Of a stretch of DNA of 64,000 nucleotides, positions 57,876 through 64,000 are shown one piece after another; positions within the stretch are counted from its first letter, which is position 1; each line of letters opens with the position of its first letter. Source of the DNA: Verrucomicrobiota bacterium (GTDB lineage: Bacteria > Verrucomicrobiota > Verrucomicrobiia > Limisphaerales > UBA11358); NCBI GenBank assembly GCA_049510395.1, contig JBEKYY010000013.1:22332-86331 (forward strand), read 5' to 3'. Both the position numbers and the translations under genes were made by a program. A model generated the notes under the pieces. It was not told the origin of the DNA, did not search any database, and saw nothing but the letters and a program-made list of their open reading frames with translations.

Positions 57876-59018
57876 ATGGCTGCTCCAATATCCTTTCCCT
57901 GGCAATGGCTCTGCGCGGGGCAGGAAATTTTTCCGGCCATGCTGGAGGCCATGGCGGCGGCGCAGAAATCCATCCGGCTGGAAATTTATATTTATTCCGA
58001 CGGAAAGCTGGGACGGCAATTTTTGGGAGCGTTGCTGGCGGCGGCGCAGCGCGGCGTGCGCGTCCAAATCCTGGTGGATGCGCTCGGTTCGTGGCTGTTG
58101 CCGGATGATTTTTTTGAGCCGCTCGTTGCCGCCGGTGCGGAAGTGCGCCGCTTCAATCATCTCCATCTCTGGCGGTTCGGGGTGCGCAATCATCGCAAGC
58201 TGCTGGTTTGCGATGACGCCACGATGGTCATTGGCGGATTCAATGTGGCCGATGAATACGATGGCGACGGCGTGACGCGCGGCTGGTGCGACGTGGGCGT
58301 CCGGATTGAAAATCCCGCCCTGGCCGGGGAGCTGGTGGCATCGTTCGATGAATTGTTCGCGCTGTCGGATTTTCGCCGCAACCCGCTGATGCGATTGCGC
58401 GCATTCAAACGCAAACGCAAACCGCCCCAAATACCGGCCGGGGAATTATTGCTGAGTCATCCCGGTCGCGGGGCCAGCCCTTTTCAAACCGCGTTGTATC
58501 AGGATCTGGCCGTGGCCCGCGAGGTGCGGATCGTGAGCGCGTATTTTCTGCCGACCCGGCGGCTGCGACGGGATTTGATGCGCGTGGCGCGGCGCGGCGG
58601 ACGCGTGCAACTGATTCTGCCCGGCCAATCCGACGTCCTGGTTTCGCAACTGGCGGGCCGGAGTTTGTATCGCCGCCTGATGAAAGCCGGCGTGGAGATT
58701 TACGAGTATCAACCACAGATTCTGCATGCCAAGCTGGTTCTCAGCGACGGGGCAGTTTACATCGGCTCCTCCAATCTCGACATTCGCAGCCTCAATCTGA
58801 ACTACGAACTGATGCTGCGTCTCGAAGACGAGCCGGTTACCGTTGCAGCGCGGGAAATTTTTGAGCGCCTGCTAAAACACTCTCGACGAATCGAGCTTCA
58901 CCAATGGCGGAAGTCACAGACCTTCTGGCAGCGTTGGCAAAATCACTGGGCGCATTTTTTACTGACCCGAATCGATCCCTTGGTCGCCTTGCGCCAGTTT
59001 CGCACGATGAAAGGATGA
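57876..59018 (+). CDS. Cardiolipin synthase B-like phospholipase D
   Basis: Two HKD motifs NHRKLLVCD and LHAKLVLSD; GSSNLD. Confidence 0.88.
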   Translation: MAAPISFPWQWLCAGQEIFPAMLEAMAAAQKSIRLEIYIYSDGKLGRQFLGALLAAAQRGVRVQILVDALGSWLLPDDFFEPLVAAGAEVRRFNHLHLWRFGVRNHRKLLVCDDATMVIGGFNVADEYDGDGVTRGWCDVGVRIENPALAGELVASFDELFALSDFRRNPLMRLRAFKRKRKPPQIPAGELLLSHPGRGASPFQTALYQDLAVAREVRIVSAYFLPTRRLRRDLMRVARRGGRVQLILPGQSDVLVSQLAGRSLYRRLMKAGVEIYEYQPQILHAKLVLSDGAVYIGSSNLDIRSLNLNYELMLRLEDEPVTVAAREIFERLLKHSRRIELHQWRKSQTFWQRWQNHWAHFLLTRIDPLVALRQFRTMKG

Positions 59019-59093
59019 ATCGCTTTCAATGGCGGCAGCGGCAAAAGGATTTGGCTTGCAGGTCTTGATGGCCAAAGCGTAAGTTTCAACTCA

Positions 59094-59780
59094 ATGAGAA
59101 GCTTTCTAAGCGCCGTCTTCAATTACATTACTGGCCTGCGTTCGACCCGCACCGCCGCACCGAAAGGCGGCGCAATTCCTGGCAGATTTCTAGAATATAA
59201 AGCCAAAGCCGAGCAGGGAGATGCTGAAGCTCAATTCGATCTGGGCTTCTGCTATGATGATGGCCGGGGCGTAGCGAAGGATTATGGTGAGGCGGTGAAG
59301 TGGTATCGCAAGGCCGCCGAGCAGAATTTCGCCCCGGCTCAATTCAATCTGGGCTACTGCTACGCCAATGGCCAGGGCGTGAGGAAGGATAAAGAGGAGG
59401 CGGTGAAGTGGTATCGCAAAGCCGCCGAACAGAATTACACCCCGGCTCAATCCAATCTGGGCTGCTGCTATGACAGTGGCCAGGGCGTGGCGACGGATTA
59501 TGTTGAGGCGGTGAAGTGGTATCGCAAGGCCGCCGAGCAGGGTCACATCGAGGCTCAATTCAATCTGGGCTACTGCTACACCAATGGCCAGGGCGTGGCG
59601 AAGAATAAAGTGGAGGCGTATGCGTGGTTTAGCATGGCTGCCAAGGCGGATTCAGATGCAGCAGAGAGCCGCGATCTTCTGAGAAAGGAGTTGACTCCTC
59701 AACAATTCACAGATGCTCAAAAGCGGATAAAAGAGTTGCGCTGGCAAATCTCGGCCAAGTCCAAACCTTCCAATCCATGA
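59094..59780 (+). CDS. Sel1-repeat protein
   Basis: 108-bp tandem units AQFNLGYCY..GQGV.KD..EAVKWYRKAAEQ. Confidence 0.92.
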   Translation: MRSFLSAVFNYITGLRSTRTAAPKGGAIPGRFLEYKAKAEQGDAEAQFDLGFCYDDGRGVAKDYGEAVKWYRKAAEQNFAPAQFNLGYCYANGQGVRKDKEEAVKWYRKAAEQNYTPAQSNLGCCYDSGQGVATDYVEAVKWYRKAAEQGHIEAQFNLGYCYTNGQGVAKNKVEAYAWFSMAAKADSDAAESRDLLRKELTPQQFTDAQKRIKELRWQISAKSKPSNP

Positions 59781-60198
59781 GTGCAGTGGTCGAGCCGTAA
59801 ATTTTGCGAAGCGGGCGGGCGATTTCAACGCCGCGAAACAAGGTATCCGGCTGGGGGGATACATCTGGAGCGGGCCGCTGGAGCGTGAGAGGATGACGCC
59901 TGAAACCAGACGTGCTCCGTCAGACGCATACGAAACTTTGCTGCCGGAATGGAGCGATAACCGGAGCGAGCGCAGGGGTGGCGGAGTTCGGTCGTGTCGG
60001 GAGAGGTCACGGATCTTCTTGAGTGGTTGAACGGTTTGCCGCGATTTGATAAAAGGGGGGCATGAGTGGGTTGGTGCTGGCGGGTTGGCGCGAGCTGGTC
60101 CGAAAGCCGGCTGGAAACCGGCGTTCCTACCGGCGGCGGCGGGTTGTTGTTGGCACAGAGGTTTCTGTTCCCGAAAATTTCCCGGGTCAAACCAAAGG

Positions 60199-61851
60199 AT
60201 GTTTATGAACTTCATGATAAACTTTTTTCTCATTGGTGCGGTGAGCGGTGAACCGATAGAACGCTTGTCCCGCGTCAAGCGGTCAAGATGGTTCATCCTG
60301 GCGGGCGCGATCACGGCGGCAGCGCTGATGGCAGTGCTGTTGGCGTCGGTGGAACGAAAAACGTCTCTTGGCGATGAACGCCAGGCGCAGGTCGAAACGC
60401 CCAAGGCCGTCACAAAACAACTGGTGCGGGAGCCGGCCGTGGCGGGGCTGTTTTATCCGAAAGACCCGGCCGAATTGTCACGCATGATTGACCGTCTGCT
60501 CGCCGCCGCACCCATCGTCCCGGTTGGAGACCTTAAAGCCATCGTTTGTCCCCATGCCGGCTACGAGTTTTCCGGCCCGACCGCGGCCTACGCCTACAAA
60601 AACCTGGTTGGACGCCGGTTCGACACGGTAATCATTCTGGCTCCGAGCCATTACGCGCTTTTTGACGGGGCGTCGGTACCGGCGGTGGATGCCTATCGCA
60701 CGCCGCTCGGGCTGGTGCCAATCTCTCCCAAAGCCCGGGCGCTGGCAAAAATCAGTCCCTGCCTCAGCGAGCCTTGTTGTCCGGTGCAACGTCCCGCCTG
60801 GTGGCCGCAGTCATCCAAGCCGGCGCCCGACCCGGGCAAGGACACGCCGGATACCTGGGAACATTCCGCCGAAGTCCAGGTCCCATTTTTGCAAAAGGTT
60901 TTGACAAATTTCGCCATTTTGCCGGTGGTGATCGGCAACGCGGATCCGGCGCAGGTGGCGCGGGCGGTGGCGACACAACTCGACGACAAAACCCTGCTCG
61001 TGGTGAGTTCGGATTTGAGCCATTACCATCCTTATGACGATGCCAAAGCGCTGGATGACCGTTGCGTCAAGGCAGTGTGCAGTCTGGACATCGGGGCCAT
61101 GGAAAACCAGGAGGCATGTGGCAAACTTCCCATTCTAGCGCTGCTGCACCTGGCACGCCAGAATGGATGGCAGGCGCGGTTGCTGGATTATCGCAACAGC
61201 GGCGACACCTCGGGCGACAAGAGCCACGGTGTTGTTGGTTACAGCGCCATCGCATTCTACGCGCCCGCACAGGAAAATTACGCGGCTCCGGAAAGAAAAT
61301 TACTGCTGGACCTGGCCCGCCGAACCCTGACCTGTGTGGTGACCAATCCGGACTTGTCAGGATTTGAGGCCAACGCCAGGAGCATGCCGCCCAAATTATC
61401 GGAAACCAGGGCCTGTTTCGTGACATTGACGGAAAATGGCGAGTTGCGGGGTTGCATCGGCCACATTTCGCCGCAGGAATCACTTTATCAGGCCGTGGTG
61501 GACAACGCGCGGAACGCGGCCATCCGCGACCCGCGCTTCCTGCCGGTGCAGCCCGGTGAAGCGGGCAAAATCAAAATCGAAATCAGCGTGTTGACCGAGC
61601 CGAAGCCGTTGCCGTTCACTTCACCGGAAGATTTGCTGGCGAAATTGCAGCCCGGCAAGGATGGCGTGGTGCTCAAGCTTGACGGCCGTGGCGCGACATT
61701 TCTGCCCCAGGTCTGGGAACAACTGCCGGACAAGGTCGAGTTCCTGAATCACCTTTCCGAAAAGGCGGGCTGCGCGCCCGGGGATTGGCGCAAACCCGGC
61801 ACCTCCGTCCTCATCTATCACGTCGAAGCATTCAAGGAATCGGAAAAGTAA
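60199..61851 (+). CDS. AmmeMemoRadiSam protein B (MEMO1) + protein A (AMMECR1) fusion with N-terminal TM helix
   Basis: REPAVAGLFYP, PHAGYEFSG, EHSAEVQ, SSDLSHY; CFVTL..GELRGCIG, DPRF, TFLPQVW; start uncertain. Confidence 0.88.
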   Translation: MFMNFMINFFLIGAVSGEPIERLSRVKRSRWFILAGAITAAALMAVLLASVERKTSLGDERQAQVETPKAVTKQLVREPAVAGLFYPKDPAELSRMIDRLLAAAPIVPVGDLKAIVCPHAGYEFSGPTAAYAYKNLVGRRFDTVIILAPSHYALFDGASVPAVDAYRTPLGLVPISPKARALAKISPCLSEPCCPVQRPAWWPQSSKPAPDPGKDTPDTWEHSAEVQVPFLQKVLTNFAILPVVIGNADPAQVARAVATQLDDKTLLVVSSDLSHYHPYDDAKALDDRCVKAVCSLDIGAMENQEACGKLPILALLHLARQNGWQARLLDYRNSGDTSGDKSHGVVGYSAIAFYAPAQENYAAPERKLLLDLARRTLTCVVTNPDLSGFEANARSMPPKLSETRACFVTLTENGELRGCIGHISPQESLYQAVVDNARNAAIRDPRFLPVQPGEAGKIKIEISVLTEPKPLPFTSPEDLLAKLQPGKDGVVLKLDGRGATFLPQVWEQLPDKVEFLNHLSEKAGCAPGDWRKPGTSVLIYHVEAFKESEK

Positions 61852-61863
61852 AAGGAATGTTTG

Positions 61864-64000
61864 ATGGCCGCTGACACCCCGAATCTCCCGCCTGCTGACC
61901 GTGGCCGGCTGCCGGTGCTTTGGGCGCTCGCCGGGTTGGGAATGGCCTCGGTGATGACGCAGTTGGCGCTGATGCGCGAGTTGCTCTGCGCCTTTGCGGG
62001 TAATGAAATGGTGCTGGGCATCGCGCTCGGCCTCTGGCTGCTGCTCACGGGCCTGGGAACTTCGCTGGGCCGGACGGCTGACAAACTCCGCAATCCCCTG
62101 GCCGTCCTGTTCACCGCGCAAATCTTCATCGCCGTAATTCCATTGGCGCAGGTGTTTGCCGTCCGTGCCCTGCGCAACGTGGTCTTTGTGCGGGGCGCGG
62201 AGGTGGGCGTGACGGGAACCGTCCTGAGCGCCGCGGTTTTGTTGCTGCCGTTTTGCATCGTCGCCGGGTACACCCTGACGCTGGCGTGCTCGATTCTCAA
62301 CCGGCGCGGCGACGCGTCGGGCGCGGGCCGCGTCTATGTCGCCGACAGCCTGGGCAGCGTGGTCGGCGGCGCGCTGTTCAGCTTCGTGTTGGTGCGGTTT
62401 CTCGACCACATCGCACTGCTCGCCGTGCCGGCCCTGTTGAACCTCACAGCCGCGGCATGGCTTGGTAAAGCAATATCGCACCCCCTCGCCCCGTCCCTCT
62501 CCCCCGCCGCCGGCGGGGGAGAGGGTGGTCCGCACGAAGCGGGACCGGGTGAGGGGGAACCTGGAAAAGCACCAGTGGTTCCACTTGCAAATCCGCTGCA
62601 CTGGGAGATTTTCATTTTGATACTGGCCGCGGGCATTGCCGCTTTCGTCTGGCTCGTCCACTCCGACGCGCTCTCGACCTCGCTCCAATTCCCCGGCCAG
62701 AACGTCTTGTTCCGCGCCAACTCGCCTTACGGCCGGCTGGTGGTCACGGAATCGGGGGGCGAGACCAATTTCATCGAGAACGGCATCGCTATTGTGTCCA
62801 CACCGAACGTCGAGCAGGTGGAGGAAGCCGCGCACTATGCCATGGCCCAGCGGCCCGATGCGCGGCGGGTGCTGCTGGTTTCAGGCGGCGTTGCCGGAGT
62901 GGCGAAGGAAATCCTCAAATACAACGTCGCCGGGGTGGACTGCGTGGAACTCGACCCGCTCGTCATCGAAACCGGCCGCCGCTTCCTGCCGGAGCACTTC
63001 GCCGATCCGCGCATCTGGGTGATTGCCACCGACGCGCGGCAATTCGTGCGGCAGACGACCAACCGCTACGACGTCGTCATCCTCGCGCTGCCCGACCCGT
63101 CCACGGCACAGCTCAACCGCTTCTTCACGGTCGAGTTTTTCAGCGGGGTCAAACGGGTGCTGGCCGATGGCGGCGTGCTCTCGTTCGCACTGGGCCGTTA
63201 CGAAAACTATGTAAGCCCAGAACTGGCGCAACTGCTGGCTTCGGCGCACTGGTCGTTGAAACAGTCGTTCGCCAACATTCTGGTGTTGCCCGGAGGCCGG
63301 GTTTTCTTCCTCGCGTCCGACGGCCCACTGCACGGCGACATCGCCGCACAAGTCGAAGTGCATGGCATTCTGACGAAGCTCGTGAACCGGCATTATCTCG
63401 ACGCCATGTTCACCGCCGACCGGATGGCAGACATCCAGCGTGCGGTGTCGCAACCCGCCGCGATGAACCGGGATTTCAGTCCGATGCTTTACTTTTACCA
63501 CCTGCGCCATTGGATGAGTCAGTTCACCTTGAGCTTCGGCGCGCTGCAAGCGGTGCTGTTGCTGTTGCTGCTCGTGTATCTCATTCGATTGCCTGTCCTC
63601 TCCATCCTCCGTAGCAGAGCTACTGCGGAGGACGGGCGTAGCACTGCGAAGGATGGACGCGGACCGGCGCTCGTGCTCTTTGCGTCGGGCTTCGCGGGGT
63701 CGGCGCTGGAGGTCGTGCTGCTGCTGGCCTTTCAGGTTTTGTGCGGCTCGGTCTATCATCAGGTTGGCGTGATCGTGACGGTTTTCATGGTTGGGCTGGC
63801 GGTTGGGGCGGCGTGGGCGAATCGAGCGCCTACAAACCTTGAAGAAGGTAGGGCGGGCTGTCCTCAGCACGCCGCTACGGCGCGCTCGGAGAGCGCGCCC
63901 TACCAAAGACAGGCAAGATGCCTGCGCTACCTTGCTTTTGCCATTGCCGCACTTGCGTTGCTGCTGCCGGCACTCCTGTTTTCACTCAATCGTCTGAGCA
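61864..64000 (+). CDS. Membrane-fused spermidine synthase-like protein (3' truncated)
   Basis: Frame open to the window end (not in the ORF track); QLALMRE..GNE TM region, VLLVSGG..VDCVELDP, DARQF, YDVVIL. Confidence 0.85.
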   Translation, partial: MAADTPNLPPADRGRLPVLWALAGLGMASVMTQLALMRELLCAFAGNEMVLGIALGLWLLLTGLGTSLGRTADKLRNPLAVLFTAQIFIAVIPLAQVFAVRALRNVVFVRGAEVGVTGTVLSAAVLLLPFCIVAGYTLTLACSILNRRGDASGAGRVYVADSLGSVVGGALFSFVLVRFLDHIALLAVPALLNLTAAAWLGKAISHPLAPSLSPAAGGGEGGPHEAGPGEGEPGKAPVVPLANPLHWEIFILILAAGIAAFVWLVHSDALSTSLQFPGQNVLFRANSPYGRLVVTESGGETNFIENGIAIVSTPNVEQVEEAAHYAMAQRPDARRVLLVSGGVAGVAKEILKYNVAGVDCVELDPLVIETGRRFLPEHFADPRIWVIATDARQFVRQTTNRYDVVILALPDPSTAQLNRFFTVEFFSGVKRVLADGGVLSFALGRYENYVSPELAQLLASAHWSLKQSFANILVLPGGRVFFLASDGPLHGDIAAQVEVHGILTKLVNRHYLDAMFTADRMADIQRAVSQPAAMNRDFSPMLYFYHLRHWMSQFTLSFGALQAVLLLLLLVYLIRLPVLSILRSRATAEDGRSTAKDGRGPALVLFASGFAGSALEVVLLLAFQVLCGSVYHQVGVIVTVFMVGLAVGAAWANRAPTNLEEGRAGCPQHAATARSESAPYQRQARCLRYLAFAIAALALLLPALLFSLNRLS
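62481..62557. repeat. CCCTCTCC-family element, in frame
   Basis: ccctctcccccgccgccggcgggggagaggg; encodes PLAPSLSPAAGGGEGGPHEAGPGEG. Confidence 0.85.
63592..63656. repeat. cctccgtagc...ctgcggagg element, in frame
   Basis: Nested hairpin; related core at 49570-49592. Confidence 0.75.
63847..63930. repeat. GGTAGGG...CCCTACC element plus caggcaagatgcctgcgctac half element, in frame
   Basis: Same ends as the 49550-49640 and 50080-50136 families. Confidence 0.8.

Noticed and set aside
59230-59600. Regular direct repeats resembling a CRISPR array
   Set aside because: 108-bp period, in frame, encoding Sel1 repeats; no unique spacers or cas genes
59780-60190. Possible ncRNA or small gene in the intergenic region
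   Set aside because: Only short hairpins and one REP-like arm near 60105-60131; no recognisable RNA family or convincing ORF

Overview
GC-rich bacterial DNA; gene content and repeat families suggest Verrucomicrobia (inference). About 1-35.6 kb is a large type II FAS/PKS lipid cluster that is cut by the left edge and resembles aryl polyene/flexirubin clusters. It has a TAL-type ammonia-lyase, an aryl-CoA ligase, several KS/CLF units, 3 ACPs, 2 FabG, FabZ, FabD, 2 thioesterases, LpxL-, PlsC- and C45-type acyltransferases, LolA and a GT2-DUF2062-MMPL-methyltransferase fusion. A convergent sub-operon adds a GcvT/CylF-like protein and an N-acyltransferase-PLP enzyme fusion, and the cluster ends near tRNA-Thr(UGU). 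The rest is mostly housekeeping DNA: rpsU, LOG, mlaDFE-like genes, ligA, thiE, PPi-PFK, gmhB, glmS, Rrf2, a sigma-70 factor, cls, AmmeMemoRadiSam and a spermidine-synthase-like gene. Three non-obvious patterns stand out. (i) At least ten palindromic REP-like elements are inserted in frame inside proteins. (ii) A DUF559 nuclease gene sits exactly in the spacer position of one palindrome doublet family, like an autonomous element. (iii) Small cargo cassettes are bounded by codon-diverged duplicates of the host gene 3' end (ACP, glmS), with no integrase nearby. All family assignments come from motif recognition, not database searches.
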